A stretch of 64,000 nt of DNA from an uncultured Alphaproteobacteria bacterium (GTDB taxonomy: Bacteria; Pseudomonadota; Alphaproteobacteria; Rhodospirillales; Defluviicoccaceae), in assembly GCA_963746275.1 (NCBI GenBank), contig CAVVAX010000008.1, positions 58,532-122,531 on the forward strand, written 5' to 3'. Shown here piece after piece: positions 30,692 through 42,437 of the stretch (positions within the stretch are counted from its first letter, which is position 1; each line of letters begins with the position of its first letter). The notes beneath the pieces were generated by a model, which worked only from the letters and a program-made list of their open reading frames with translations, was not told the DNA's origin and did no database searches. Both the position numbers and the translations under genes were made by a program.

Positions 30692-33600
30692 GCGCCATGG
30701 CCGGCCCCGGTTTCGTCCACCTCCGCGTCCACACCGCCTATTCGCTGTCGGAAGGCGCCATCCGCATCAAGCAGCTGGCGCAGCTCTGCCGCCAGTTCCG
30801 GATGCCGGCGGTGGCGCTGACCGATACGAACAACCTGTTCGGCGGCATGGAGTTCTCGGTCACGCTGATGCAGGCCGGCATCCAGCCCATCATCGGCTGC
30901 CAGCTCCGCATCGTCCCGGCGGCGGCGGCGGACACGGGCGTCGCGCCGAGGGCTAGGCGCGAACAGGAGGCCGGGGGCTTCGTCGTCCTGGCCCAGACCC
31001 CGGAAGGCTATGCCAACCTGCTGAAGCTACTCGCCAGCGCCCATGCGCTGGTGGCGAGCGGTGTGGCGCCGGAGGTTTCGCTGGCCGAGCTGACGCAGCG
31101 CAGCGCCGGGCTGATCCTGCTCACCGGCGGCGCCGACGGCCCGCTCGGCCGGCAGCTGCAGGCGGGCCGCGAGGCCGACGCCGAGGCGATGCTGGCGGCG
31201 CTGAAGGCGGCCTTCGTCGGCCGCCTCTATGTCGAGATCCAGCGCCACGGCAGCGAGGCCGAGGCCATCACCGAGCCCTCCTTCCTGGCTTTGGCCGACC
31301 GCCACGCACTACCCATCGTCGCCACCAACGAGGCCTGCTTCGCCTCACCCGACATGTTCGAGGCCCACGACGCGCTGCTCTGCATCGCCCAGGGCGCGCA
31401 CGTCGCCGACCGCTCCAGGCGTCGGCTGACGCCCGAGCACTTCTTCAAGAGCGGCGAGGAGATGCGGGAGATCTTCGCCGATCTGCCGGACGCTATCGCC
31501 AACACGGCGCTGATCGCCAGGCGCTGCGCCTTCATGATCGAGCCGCGCAAGCCGATCCTGCCGCCCTTCGCCAGCCCCGGCGGCTCGAGCGAGGAGGCGG
31601 CGCTGCGCGCCGAGGCGCAAGCCGGCCTGGAGCGCAGGCTTGCGGCGCGCGCGGCGAGGGGCGAGGCGGCCAGGAACGAGCCCGGCTGGCACCGCGACCA
31701 GGACTACCGCGAGCGGCTCGACTACGAGCTCGGGGTCATCTGCGAGATGGGCTTCGCTGGCTATTTCCTTGTCGTCTCGGAGTTCATCCGCTGGGCCAAG
31801 GCGCAGGGAGTTCCCGTCGGGCCCGGCCGCGGCTCCGGCGCCGGCTCGGTCGTGGCCTGGGCGCTCACGATCACGGACCTCGATCCACTGCGCTTCGGCC
31901 TGCTGTTCGAGCGCTTCCTCAATCCGGAGCGGGTGTCGATGCCGGACTTCGACATCGACTTCTGCCAGGACCGCCGCGACGAGGTGATCCGCCACGTCCA
32001 GGAGCGCTACGGGCGAGACAAGGTCGCGCAGATCATCACCTTCGGCAAGCTGCAGGCGCGCGCGGTACTGCGCGACACCGGCCGCGTCCTCGGCATGCCC
32101 TACGGCTATGTCGACAAGATCTGCAAGCTCGTGCCCAACAACCCAGCCAACCCGGTGACGCTCACCCAGGCGCTGGAGGCGGAGCCGCAATTGCGCGAGC
32201 TGATCGCCCGGGACGAGGCGGTGGCGAAGCTGGTCGACATTGCCACCAGGCTCGAGGGCCTTTACCGCCATGCCTCGACCCATGCCGCCGGCGTCGTCAT
32301 CGGCGACCGGCCGCTGGAGGAGCTGATCCCGCTCTACCGCGATCCGCGCTCCGATATCCCGGTGACGGGCTTCAACATGAAGTGGGTTGAGGCGGCGGGC
32401 CTGGTGAAGTTCGACTTCCTCGGCTTGAAGACGCTGACCGTGCTTGCCCGCGCCATCGACCTCATTCGCGACGGCCGGAGCCTCGACCTCGATCTGGCCG
32501 ACCTACCCCTCGACGATGCCCCGACCTTCGCCATGCTCAGCGCCGGCGACACCGTCGGCGTGTTCCAGCTTGAAAGTGGCGGCATGCGCGACGCGCTCCG
32601 CCAGCTCAAGCCGGACACCTTCGAAGACATCATCGCCGTCGTCGCCCTCTACCGCCCGGGGCCGATGGACAACATCCCGAGCTACATCCGCCGCAAGCAC
32701 GGCGAGGAGGAGCCCGACTACCTCTACCCCACGCTGGAGCCGATCTTGGCCGAGACCCACGGCATCATGATCTACCAGGAGCAGGTCATGCAGATCGCCC
32801 AGGAGCTCTCGGGCTACTCGCTGGGCAAGGCCGACCTGCTGCGCCGCGCCATGGGCAAGAAGATCAAGGAGGAGATGGACCAGCAGCGCAGCGCCTTCGT
32901 CGAGGGCGCCAAGGCGCGGGGCGTGCCCGAGCGCAAGGCCAAACACATCTTCGAGCTGGTCAACAAGTTCGCCGGCTACGGCTTCAACAAGTCCCACGCC
33001 GCCGCCTACGCCCTGGTCGCCTACCAGACCGCCTACCTAAAAACGACTTATCCGGTTGAGTTCCTGGCGGCGTCGATGACGCTCGACATCCACAGCACCG
33101 AGAAGCTCAACACCTTCTGCCAGGAGCTGAACCGGCTCGGCATTCCTTTGCTGCCGCCGGACATCAACCGCTCCGACGTCGGCTTCACCGTCGAGCGCGA
33201 TGCGACCGGCCCGGACGGCGCCGGCGCCATCCGCTTCGCCCTCGCCGCGGTGAAGAACGTGGGCGAGGCGGCGATGGCGACGCTGGTGGCGGAGCGCCGC
33301 CGCGCAGGCCCCTTCACCAGCCTCGACGACTTCGCCGGTCGGATCGACGTGCGGGCGTTGAACCGCCGCCAGCTCGAAAATCTGGCCCGCGCCGGCGCCT
33401 TCGACGGGCTCAACCGCAACCGCCGCCGAGTGTTCTCCGCGATCGAAGCGGTCTTGCGCCAGGCGGCCGCGGCGAGCCAGGACCGGGCCAGCGGCCAGAT
33501 GGGCCTGTTCCAGGCCGCACCCGCTGTCGCCGCCCCGGCGCTGCGCGTCCCCGACGGGCAGGACTGGTCGGTGATGGAGCGGCTGAAGGAGGAACTCGAC

Positions 33601-34188
33601 GCCATCGGCTTCTACCTATCGGCGCATCCGCTGGATGCCTACGCCAAGACGCTGCGCCGGCTGAAGGTGGTGAAGAGCGCCGACCTCGCCACCGCGGCGA
33701 CCGCAGGGACCGTGAGCGTGGCGGGCGCGGTGGTGGGCAAGCGCGAGCGCACCTCGGGCAAGGGCAACCGCTACGCCTTCGTTCAGCTCTCAGACAGCAC
33801 CGGGCTGTTCGAGGTAACGGTCTTCTCCGACGTGCTTGCCGGCTGCCGCGAGCTTCTCGAGATCGGCAAGCCGCTGCTGATCAAGGTTACCGTGCAGGTC
33901 GAGGGTGAGCAGGTCCGCTGCATCGCCCAGTCGCTGGAGCCGCTGGAGGCGGTGGCGGCGCGGGTGCCGGCGGAGCTCGCCGTCGTCATCGACACGCCCG
34001 AGCCCATCGAGCGGATCCGCTCGCTGCTCGCCGCCAACGCCGGCGGCGAGGGCGAGGTCAAGATTGTCTGCGGCCTTGCCGGCGAGACCCAGGCGGAGGT
34101 GGTCCTGCCAAACCGCTTCCGGGTCGGCCCGGCGATGACCATGGCGCTGCAGACCGTCGCCGGCGTCCGCGACGTCCGCGAGGTCTGA
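30688..34188 (+). CDS. dnaE: DNA polymerase III subunit alpha
   Basis: PHP domain [54 protein letters not shown]. 1166 aa, intact. The start may be the ATG at 30697. Confidence 0.95.
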
Positions 34189-34211
34189 GGCCGTCTGCCG
34201 CCGCGCTCGTT

Positions 34212-34348
34212 GCGGCGATCCATGGACCCGCGGAACGCGTCCGCGGGTGAAGAAGGATGGGCGGGCCCGTCACGTCACCGTCATTGCCGTGCTTGTCACG
34301 GCGATCCATGGACCCGCGCAACACGTCCGCGGGCGACGAAGGATGGGG
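34212..34348. repeat. two ~50-bp direct repeat modules, each with a GC hairpin (related to family 1)
   Basis: Module 1 (34212-34261) is GCGGCGATCCATGGACCCGCGGAACGCGTCCGCGGGTGAAGAAGGATGGG. Module 2 (34299-34348) is near-identical. Module 1 has a perfect 9-bp stem ACCCGCGGA (34226-34234) / TCCGCGGGT (34240-34248). A GTCATTGCC...GGCGATCCATGG arm lies between the modules. Confidence 0.75.
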
Positions 34349-34513
34349 AGCTCGTAGTGTTCTTCACCGCCTCCGTCTTCTTGACCTGTTGCTGCCGCAG
34401 CTTGCTCCAAACTCGTGGTTTAGCGTACGCTTATCATGTGCAAACGCAATGCACGCGCGCGAAGAAGAAGCTGCGGCAACAGCAAGCGCACGCAGCGCCA
34501 GGAGGACGGTCCG

Positions 34514-36560
34514 TTGAACAAGTCGTTGCAATACGTTCTTTTCGCCGCGATCGCGGTGCTGGGGGCGGTGGCCATCGGCGTCATCGCGCTGAACCGCGGC
34601 GAGACCATCAACGCCGTGTGGATCCTGACGGCGGCGTTGTGCACCTTCGTCATCGCCTATCGCTTCTACAGCCTGTTCATCGCCACCAAGGTGCTGCAGC
34701 TCGACCCGAACCGGCGTACCCCGGCAATCGAGCGCAACGACGGCCTGGACTACGTCCCGACCAACAAGTACATCCTCTACGGCCACCACTTCGCCGCCAT
34801 CGCCGGCGCCGGGCCGCTGGTCGGTCCCGTGCTCGCCTCGCAGATGGGCTTCCTCCCCGGCACGCTGTGGATCCTGGTCGGCGTCGTCTTCGCCGGGGCG
34901 GTCCAGGACTTCATGGTCCTGTTCATCTCCGTGCGCCGCGACGGCCGTTCGCTTGGCGACATCATCAAGTCGGAGCTCGGCCCGATCCCCGGCACCATCG
35001 CCTCGATCGGCGTGCTCCTGATCATGATCATCATCCTGGCGGTGCTGGCCCTGGTCGTCGTCAAGGCGCTCGCCGAAAGCCCATGGGGCACGTTTACCCT
35101 CATGGCCACCATCCCGATCGCCATCCTCATGGGCGTCTACCTCCGCTTCATCCGCCCGGGGCGGGTCGCGGAGATGTCCATCATCGGCTTCGTGCTCCTG
35201 ATGCTGGCGATCATCTACGGCGAGGACGTCGCCGCGCATCCGACCTGGGGCCCGGCGCTGACCTTCCCCGGCACGACCCTGGCGCTGATGCTGATCGGCT
35301 ACGGCTTCGTCGCCTCCGTCCTGCCGGTGTGGTTCTTGCTCGCGCCGCGCGACTATCTCTCCACCTTCCTCAAGGTCGGCTTTGTCGCCGTCCTGGCCGT
35401 CGGCATCGTCATCGTCCGACCCGACCTGCAGATGCCGGGGCTCACCAAGTTCATCGATGGCACAGGCCCGGTCTTCGCCGGCGCCCTGTTCCCCTTCCTC
35501 TTCATCACCATCGCCTGCGGCGCCGTGTCCGGCTTCCATGCCCTGATCTCGTCGGGGACGACGCCAAAGATGTTGGAGAACGAGACCCACGCCCGCTTCA
35601 TCGGCTACGGCGGGATGCTGACCGAGGCGTTCGTGGCGATCATGGCCCTGATCAGCGCCTGTATCCTCAACCCCGGCGTCTTCTTCGCCATGAACGCGCC
35701 GGGTAGCGTGCTCGGGACGACGGTCGAGCAGGCCTCGCAGGTTATCTCCGGCTGGGGCTTCGCCATCACGCCGGAGGTCCTGACGATGACCGCGGCGGAC
35801 GTGGGCGAGGGGTCGATCCTGTCGCGGGCCGGCGGCGCGCCGACGCTGGCGGTCGGCATGGCCCAGATCATGTCCGAGCTGTTCGGCTCGCGAGCGACCA
35901 TGGCCTTCTGGTACCACTTCGCCATCCTGTTCGAGGCGCTGTTCATCCTCACCGCCATCGACGCCGGCACCCGGGTCGGCCGGTTCATGATCCAGGACCT
36001 GCTCGGCAGCTTCTATGCGCCGATGCGCGAGACCCGCTCGTGGGTATCGAACTTGGTGGCGACGACGCTCTGCGTCGGCATGTGGGGCTACATTCTCTAC
36101 CAGGGCGTGATCGACCCCTACGGCGGGATCAACACCCTGTGGCCGCTGTTCGGCATCTCCAACCAGATGCTGGCGGCGATCGCGCTGACGATGGCGACCG
36201 TGGTGCTGTTTAAGATGAAGCGCGAGCGCTACGCCTGGGTCACGGCGGTGCCCACCACCTGGCTCTTGATCTGCACGCTGACGGCGGGGCTGCAGAAGCT
36301 GTTCCACGCCGATCCGCGCATCGGCTTCCTCGCCCACGCCGAGAAGTTCACTGAGGCGATCGCCCAGAACCAGGTGCTGGCGCCGGCCAAGGACCTGGCG
36401 ACCATGCAGCGGGTGGTCTTCAACGACTATCTCAACGCCGGTCTCTGCGTCGCTGTTCGTCCTGGTCGTGCTCAGCATGATCGTCTTCGGCCTCGTTTCC
36501 GCCTGGCGGGCGTTCGTCTCGCCGCGCATCACCGCGAGGGAGGTGGTCTATGCAACCTGA
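34514..36560 (+). pseudogene. cstA: carbon starvation protein CstA (peptide/pyruvate transporter family); one frame break (~36449)
   Basis: TTG start 8 nt after AGGAGGA. LNKSLQYVLFAAIAVLGAVAIGVIALNRGETINAVWIL...YRFYSLFIA...HHFAAIAGAGPLVGPVLASQMGFLPG aligns with the E. coli CstA N-terminus from memory. The last helix (SLFVLVVLSMIVFGLVSAWRAF...) lies in the adjacent frame, with its stop at 36558-36560. Confidence 0.85.
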
Positions 36561-36749
36561 GTGGAGCGAGCGCTGGCGGACCTTTCGCAGCGGCTTCCGC
36601 CGGCTGTTCGCGATCCCCGACTACGACGCCTACCTGGAGCACTGCCGGCGGACCCACCCGGACACCTGGTGATGAGCCACGAGGAGTTCTTCCGCCACCG
36701 GCTCGAGCAGCGCTACGGAAGCGGGTCCGGCGGAATGCGCTGCTGCTGA
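36550..36749 (+). pseudogene. ybdD: YbdD/YjiX (DUF466) small protein; one frame break (~36665)
   Basis: MQPEWSERWRTFRSGFRRLFAIPDYDAYLEHCRRTHPDT, then [26 protein letters not shown] in the adjacent frame. Classic partner downstream of cstA. The ATG overlaps the cstA 3' end. Confidence 0.75.
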
Positions 36750-36782
36750 ACCGGATCATCCGGAACCGCACCGGCGGCGGGC

Positions 36783-36811
36783 TTGTCAAGATCCACCGCC
36801 GGCTTTAAGTA
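36783..36811 (+). promoter_or_regulatory. candidate sigma70-type promoter upstream of rpsB
   Basis: TTGTCA (36783-36788), 17-nt spacer, TAAGTA (36806-36811), about 115 nt upstream of the rpsB ATG. Pattern match only. Confidence 0.3.
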
Positions 36812-36925
36812 AAGGACATCTCGCACGCGGGCTTGCGGCGTTCGAGCCTGTTGGCTTGGAAACGTCGCTCCGGTGGCTTCGGCCCGATCGGCCCGCGGAG
36901 GATCAACCGGACAGGACCTTTTTCG

Positions 36926-37784
36926 ATGGCACTCCCCACCTTCACGATGCGCCAGCTCCTCGAGTCGGGCGTCCACTTCGGCCACAGCACGCGCCGCTGG
37001 AACCCGCAGATGGAGCCTTACCTCTTCGGCGTGCGCAACGGCATCCACATCATCGACCTGGAGCAAACCTCACCGCTGCTCTACCAGGCGCTGAACGCCG
37101 TGCGCGACGTCGTCGCCGGCGGCGGCCGCGTGCTGTTCGTCGGCACCAAAGCGGCAGGCCGGGGAGAAGGTCGCCGAATCCGCCAAGCGCTGCGGCCAGT
37201 ACTTCGTCAATCACCGCTGGCTCGGCGGGATGATGACCAACTGGCGGACCATCTCGCTGTCGATCAAGCGGCTGCGCGATCTGGAGGCTCGCCTCGGCGA
37301 AGAGAACATGGGGCTGACCAAGAAGGAGTTGCTCCGGCTGACGCGCGAGCGCGACAAGCTGGAGCGGGCATTGGGCGGCATCAAGGACATGGGCGGGCTG
37401 CCCGACATCCTCTTCGTCATCGACACCAACCGGGAATCGATCGCCGTCGCCGAGGCGAAGAAGCTGAACATCCCGGTCGTCGCGGTGATCGATTCCAACA
37501 GCGATCCGCGCGGCATCGACTTCCCCATCCCCGGCAACGACGACGCGCTCAGGGCGATCAGCCTGTACTGCGATCTCGTCGTCGACGCCGTGCTCGACGG
37601 CATCCAGGCGGAGATGTCGGCCGCAGGCGTCGATCTGGGTGGCATCGAGGAGCCCACCGAGCCGCTGCCCGGCGAAGCGGCGGAGGAGGACGCGGTCGCC
37701 GCGGCCGCCATGGCCGAGGCGGCAGGGCCAGCCCCGGCAGGCGGCGAGGACGCCGGCCTGCAGGATGCGGCGCCTCAGCCGTAA
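36926..37784 (+). pseudogene. rpsB: 30S ribosomal protein S2; one frame break (extra G at ~37151)
   Basis: [29 protein letters not shown]...VLFVGTK, then [31 protein letters not shown]...[29 protein letters not shown] in the adjacent frame (ORF 37230-37784). Confidence 0.9.
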
Positions 37785-37981
37785 GCCCGCCGCGGCAGGC
37801 AAGCGTATGCGAGCCGGAAGGCGCCACCGCAGGCCGCGAAGCGGCGAGGTATTCCGGAATAATTGTGGCTGGATCGCATCGTCGCCTCCGCGTCCCGGCG
37901 GCGACGCGCCCGCCTGATCCGGCCCGTGATCCGGTCGTCCCCTCCATTTACAGCGAACATCGATACAAGGAAGGCGCAGAG

Positions 37982-38905
37982 ATGACGCAAATCACCGCCT
38001 CGCTGGTCAAGGACCTGCGGGAGAAGACCGGTGCCGGCATGATGGACTGCAAGAAGGCCCTGATCGAGACCGGCGGCGAGATCGAGCCTGCCGTCGACTG
38101 GCTGCGCAAGAAGGGACTGGCCGCCGCCGCCAAGAAGGCGGGCCGCGTCGCTGCCGAGGGTCTTGTCGGCATCAGCGTCGGCGAGGGAAGGGCGGCCGTG
38201 GTCGAGGTCAACGCCGAGACCGATTTCGTCTCGCGCAGCGAGCAGTTCCAGGCCTTCGTCCGCACCGTCGCCGGCCTCGCCCTCGAGACTGGCGGCGATG
38301 TCGAGGCAATCAAGGCGAGGACCGTGGCGTCGGGCCGGACCGTCGAGGACGAGCTGACCCACCTCATCGCCACCATCGGCGAGAACATGAGCCTACGCCG
38401 CGCCGCCATGGTCAGCGTCGATCACGGCTGCGTTGCGAGCTATATGCATGCGGCGCAGATGCCGGGGCTGGGCCGCATCGGGGTGCTCGTTGGTCTTGGC
38501 GGGGTCGATCCGTCGCCGGCGCTGGAGGCTCTGGGCAAGCAGCTGGCCATGCACATCGCCGCCGCCAACCCGCAGGCGATCGCCCGCGCCGGCGTCGATC
38601 CGAAGGCGCTGGAACGCGAGCGCAACATCCTCTCCGAGCAGGCCCTGGCCAGCGGCAAGCCGCCGCCGATCGTCGAGAAGATGGTCGAGGGCCGGCTGAG
38701 CAAGTATTTCGAGGACGTCTGCCTGCTCGAGCAGGGGTTCGTCATCGATCCGGAGCGCAAGGTCGGCAAGGTGCTGGAGGCCGCGGGCAAGGAGCTCGGC
38801 GGGCCGATCACGGTTACCGGCTTCGTCCGCTTTGCCCTCGGCGAAGGCATCGACAAGAAGGAAGACGATTTCGCCGCTGAGGTCGCCAAGGCGGCGGGCG
38901 AGTAG
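37982..38905 (+). CDS. tsf: translation elongation factor Ts
   Basis: [43 protein letters not shown]. Confidence 0.93.
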   Translation: MTQITASLVKDLREKTGAGMMDCKKALIETGGEIEPAVDWLRKKGLAAAAKKAGRVAAEGLVGISVGEGRAAVVEVNAETDFVSRSEQFQAFVRTVAGLALETGGDVEAIKARTVASGRTVEDELTHLIATIGENMSLRRAAMVSVDHGCVASYMHAAQMPGLGRIGVLVGLGGVDPSPALEALGKQLAMHIAAANPQAIARAGVDPKALERERNILSEQALASGKPPPIVEKMVEGRLSKYFEDVCLLEQGFVIDPERKVGKVLEAAGKELGGPITVTGFVRFALGEGIDKKEDDFAAEVAKAAGE

Positions 38906-38955
38906 CGGCCGCGACGGAGCCATTGCCGGCTGGCGGGCGCAAAGACGGGTAAGGG

Positions 38956-39020
38956 CCCTCACCCCGCCCCTCTCCCGCCCGGTGGGAGAGGGAGAGACCC
39001 GCGCAGCGGGAGGGTGAGGG
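38956..39020. repeat. nested-palindrome intergenic repeat, family 2, short copy
   Basis: The outer pair is CCCTCACCC (38956-38964) with GGGTGAGGG (39012-39020). The inner pair is CCTCTCCC with GGGAGAGG. Shares a ~44-nt 3' segment with 7331-7376. Confidence 0.7.
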
Positions 39021-39081
39021 CGCGCAAGGCCGAGCCGCGATCAGCGTCGCGGTGGTGGGGGCATGCAGGGGGCAAGGGGCG

Positions 39082-39804
39082 ATGGGCGCGGATCTGGCCT
39101 ACAGGCGGGTGCTGCTGAAGCTTTCCGGCGAGGCGCTGATGGGCGATAAGGGCTCCGGCCTGGATCTCGCCGCGGTCGAGCGCATCGGCCGGGAGATCAA
39201 GGCCGTCCACGCCATGGGCGTCGAGCTTTGCCTGGTGATCGGCGGCGGCAACATCTTTCGCGGTGTCTCCGCGGCGGCGGCCGGGATCGAGCGGACCAGC
39301 GCCGACTACATGGGCATGCTCGCTACCGTCATGAACGCCATCGCGGTGCAGAGCATCCTGGAGGGGCAGGGGCTGCACACCCGGGTGCAGTCGGCGATCC
39401 CTATGGCCACCGTCTGCGAGCCCTATATCCGCAGGCGGGCGATGCGTCATATGGAGAAGGGGCGGATCGTCATCTTCGCCGCCGGCACCGGCAATCCCTT
39501 CTTCAGCACCGACACCGCCGCGGCCTTGCGGGCGGTGGAGATGGGCTGCGACGCTTTGCTTAAGGGCACCCAGGTCGACGGCGTCTACAGCGCCGACCCG
39601 CGCAAGGACCCGGACGCCATGCGCTATGATCGGCTCTCCTACCACGACGTCCTCGCCCTCGACCTGAAGGTGATGGACGGCTCGGCGGTCGCCCTGGCCC
39701 GCGACAACGCTCTTCCCATCGTTGTCTTTTCCATCCAACATCCTGGCGCGTTCGCCGATGTCGTCGCCGAGCGGGGCACGTTTACAAGAATCACAAGGGA
39801 GTGA
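39082..39804 (+). CDS. pyrH: UMP kinase
   Basis: [40 protein letters not shown]. Confidence 0.92.
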   Translation: MGADLAYRRVLLKLSGEALMGDKGSGLDLAAVERIGREIKAVHAMGVELCLVIGGGNIFRGVSAAAAGIERTSADYMGMLATVMNAIAVQSILEGQGLHTRVQSAIPMATVCEPYIRRRAMRHMEKGRIVIFAAGTGNPFFSTDTAAALRAVEMGCDALLKGTQVDGVYSADPRKDPDAMRYDRLSYHDVLALDLKVMDGSAVALARDNALPIVVFSIQHPGAFADVVAERGTFTRITRE

Positions 39805-39808
39805 AGTC

Positions 39809-40378
39809 GTGACGCGGCCGGAGTTTGATGCTCTCATCCACGAAAGCGGCCGGCGCATGCAGGGCGCGATCGACGTCCTGATGAAGGAATTCGGCGGGCT
39901 GAGGACCGGCCGGGCGGCGACAAGCCTGCTCGAGCCGATCACGGTCGACGCCTACGGCAGCAGCATGCCGATCACCCAGGTGAGCACGCTGGGCGCGCCC
40001 GACCCGCGCACGCTCAGCGTGCAGGTGTGGGACAAGAGCCTGGTCAAGGCGGTGGAGAAAGCGATCCGCGAGTCCGGCCTCGGCCTGAACCCGGCGGTTG
40101 ACGGCCAGCTCCTGCGCATTCCGATCCCGATGCTGACAGAGGAGCGCCGGGTCGAACTCTCCAAGATTGCCGGCCGTTACACCGAGGAGGCGCGGGTCTC
40201 CGTCCGCAACGTCCGCCGGCATGCCCTGGACGAGTTGAAAAAGGCGGAGAAAGAGGGGTCGCTGTCCCAGGACGAGCACCGCGACATCGGCCGGCAGATC
40301 CAGGACCTCACAGATCAGTACGTGAAGAAGATCGACGACCTGCTGGCGAAGAAAGAAGCCGAGATCATGCAGGTCTGA
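39809..40378 (+). CDS. frr: ribosome recycling factor
   Basis: GTG start 7 nt after [43 protein letters not shown]. Confidence 0.9.
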   Translation: MTRPEFDALIHESGRRMQGAIDVLMKEFGGLRTGRAATSLLEPITVDAYGSSMPITQVSTLGAPDPRTLSVQVWDKSLVKAVEKAIRESGLGLNPAVDGQLLRIPIPMLTEERRVELSKIAGRYTEEARVSVRNVRRHALDELKKAEKEGSLSQDEHRDIGRQIQDLTDQYVKKIDDLLAKKEAEIMQV

Positions 40379-40391
40379 GCGGCAGCGCCGC

Positions 40392-41192
40392 ATGCTCGGC
40401 GATCTGGCCGTCCGCTTCGCCTCCGCCGTCGCCCTCGGTGCTCCCTTCCTCCTCGCCGTCTACGCCGGCTCGCCCTACTTCGATCTGGTCATCATCCTGG
40501 CGGGCGGGCTGCTCGCCTGGGAGTGGTCGCGGCTGACGTCCCCCGGCGAGCGCGGCGGTCCGGCTTGGCGGGGCGCCGTCTTCGTCGCCTGCACGATCCT
40601 CGCTGTCTCCGCCGCATCCCTGCTGTCACCGGCGGCGGCGCTTGCGGCCGTGGCGGCGGCAGCATCTGGCCTGCTGCTGTGGGCACGGGGCGAGAGGTGG
40701 CTCATCGCCGGCATCGCCTACCTGGCGCTCCCCTGCATCGCCCTGCTGTGGCTGCGCGACGACGTCGCTGGCGGCCGGTCGATCGTCTTGTGGCTCATCG
40801 CCGTCGTCTGGGCCTCCGACGTCGGCGCCTATTTCGCCGGACGGATCCTCGGCGGACCGAAGCTCGCGCCAAGGATCAGCCCGAACAAGACCTGGGCCGG
40901 CTTCTTCGGCGGCGCCGCGGCGGCGGCGGCGGCCGGCGCCGTTGCCTCGCCGCTGATGGCCGCGGAGAGGCCGGCGCTCCTGGTCGCGATCAGCATCCTG
41001 CTCGGCATCAGCGCGCAAGGGGGCGACCTGTTCGAATCGTGGCTGAAACGGCGCTTCGGGGTCAAGGACACCAGCGCGCTGATCCCCGGCCACGGCGGCG
41101 TGCTCGACCGCGTCGATGGGCTGATGGCGGCCGCGCTGCTGTTGGCGTTGATCGGCCTTACCGGCAGAGGCAGTATGCTCGCATGGCTGTAG
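40392..41192 (+). CDS. cdsA: phosphatidate cytidylyltransferase
   Basis: Polytopic membrane protein with SWLKRRFGVKDTSALIPGHGGVLDRVDGL. Confidence 0.88.
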   Translation: MLGDLAVRFASAVALGAPFLLAVYAGSPYFDLVIILAGGLLAWEWSRLTSPGERGGPAWRGAVFVACTILAVSAASLLSPAAALAAVAAAASGLLLWARGERWLIAGIAYLALPCIALLWLRDDVAGGRSIVLWLIAVVWASDVGAYFAGRILGGPKLAPRISPNKTWAGFFGGAAAAAAAGAVASPLMAAERPALLVAISILLGISAQGGDLFESWLKRRFGVKDTSALIPGHGGVLDRVDGLMAAALLLALIGLTGRGSMLAWL

Positions 41193-42397
41193 TCGCACCC
41201 AAGGCCGTGGCCGGCACGCCGGTCCGAAGCGTCAGCATTCTCGGCTCGACCGGATCGGTGGGGTGCAATACCGTCGATCTGCTCCGCCGCGATCCCGGGG
41301 CCTTCCGCGTCGAGGCCCTAACCGCCAACCACAACGTCGACCTGCTGGCGGCGCAAGCGCGCGAACTCGGCGCCCGGCTGGCGGTCGTCGCCGATCCCAG
41401 CCGCTACGGCGCGCTGAAGGAGGCTTTGGCCGGCAGCGGCGTCGAGGCCGCCGCAGGCGCCAGCGCCCTCATCGCGGCCGCCGAGCGTCCAACCGACTGG
41501 GTGATGGCCTCCATTGTCGGCGCCGCTGGGCTGATGCCGACGCTGGCGGCGGTCCGCCGTGGCGCGGTCATCGGGCTTGCCAACAAAGAGTGCCTGGTCT
41601 GCGCCGGCGAGCTGATGATGGCCGAGATTCGCCGCTGCGGCGCGACGGTGGTGCCAGTCGACTCCGAGCACAGCGCCATCTACCAGGTCTTCGACTTCGC
41701 CAACGCGGACAAGGTGGATAGCCTGATCTTGACGGCGTCGGGCGGGCCATTTCGGACGCTCGACCGCAGCGAGATGGCGGAGGTGACGCCGGCGCAGGCG
41801 GTAGCGCATCCCAACTGGGACATGGGCGCGAAGATCTCCGTCGATTCGGCGACGATGATGAACAAGGGCCTGGAGCTGATCGAGGCCTTCCACCTGTTTC
41901 CGGTTTCGGCCGACCAGCTCGAGGTGGTCGTCCATCCGCAGTCGATCGTCCACAGCATGGTGTCCTACATCGACGGCTCGGTGCTGGCGCAGCTCGGCCT
42001 GCCGGACATGCGCACGCCGATCGCGTACGCGCTGGGCTGGCCCAAGCGGATCGCCGCGCCGGCGCCTCGGCTCAGGCTCCCCGACATCGGCCAGCTCACC
42101 TTCTATGCGCCCGACGAGGACAGGTTCCCGGCCTTGCGCATCGCCCGCGAGGCGCTGCGCCTCGGCGGCTCGGCGGCGCCGGTGCTGAATGCCGCCAACG
42201 AGATCGCGGTCGAAAGCTTCCTCGCCGGTGAAATCGGCTTCCTCGACATCGCCTCGGTCGTCGAGAAGACTATCTATGCAGTAGGCCGCCGGCCGGTCGA
42301 CAGCATCGACGACATCACCGCGGTCGACCGCGAGGCCAGAGCCATGGCGCGAGAGGCAATCGCAAGGCTTGCGCGCCCTACGGCGTTTTCGGCCTAG
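41183..42397 (+). CDS. dxr: 1-deoxy-D-xylulose 5-phosphate reductoisomerase
   Basis: ILGSTGSVGCNT, LANKECLV, PVDSEHSAIYQ, MNKGLELIEA. The ATG at 41183 overlaps the cdsA 3' end. Confidence 0.92.
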   Translation: MAVVAPKAVAGTPVRSVSILGSTGSVGCNTVDLLRRDPGAFRVEALTANHNVDLLAAQARELGARLAVVADPSRYGALKEALAGSGVEAAAGASALIAAAERPTDWVMASIVGAAGLMPTLAAVRRGAVIGLANKECLVCAGELMMAEIRRCGATVVPVDSEHSAIYQVFDFANADKVDSLILTASGGPFRTLDRSEMAEVTPAQAVAHPNWDMGAKISVDSATMMNKGLELIEAFHLFPVSADQLEVVVHPQSIVHSMVSYIDGSVLAQLGLPDMRTPIAYALGWPKRIAAPAPRLRLPDIGQLTFYAPDEDRFPALRIAREALRLGGSAAPVLNAANEIAVESFLAGEIGFLDIASVVEKTIYAVGRRPVDSIDDITAVDREARAMAREAIARLARPTAFSA

Positions 42398-42437
42398 GCA
42401 GACGTTCATCACAGCAAGATAGGCAGCGTCAAAATAC

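Noticed and set aside
36833-38905. Apparent S2-EF-Ts fusion ORF (690 aa).
   Set aside because: This is an artefact of the extra G at about 37151. The conserved S2 sequence continues in ORF 37230-37784. The middle of the long ORF is Arg/Gly-rich nonsense.
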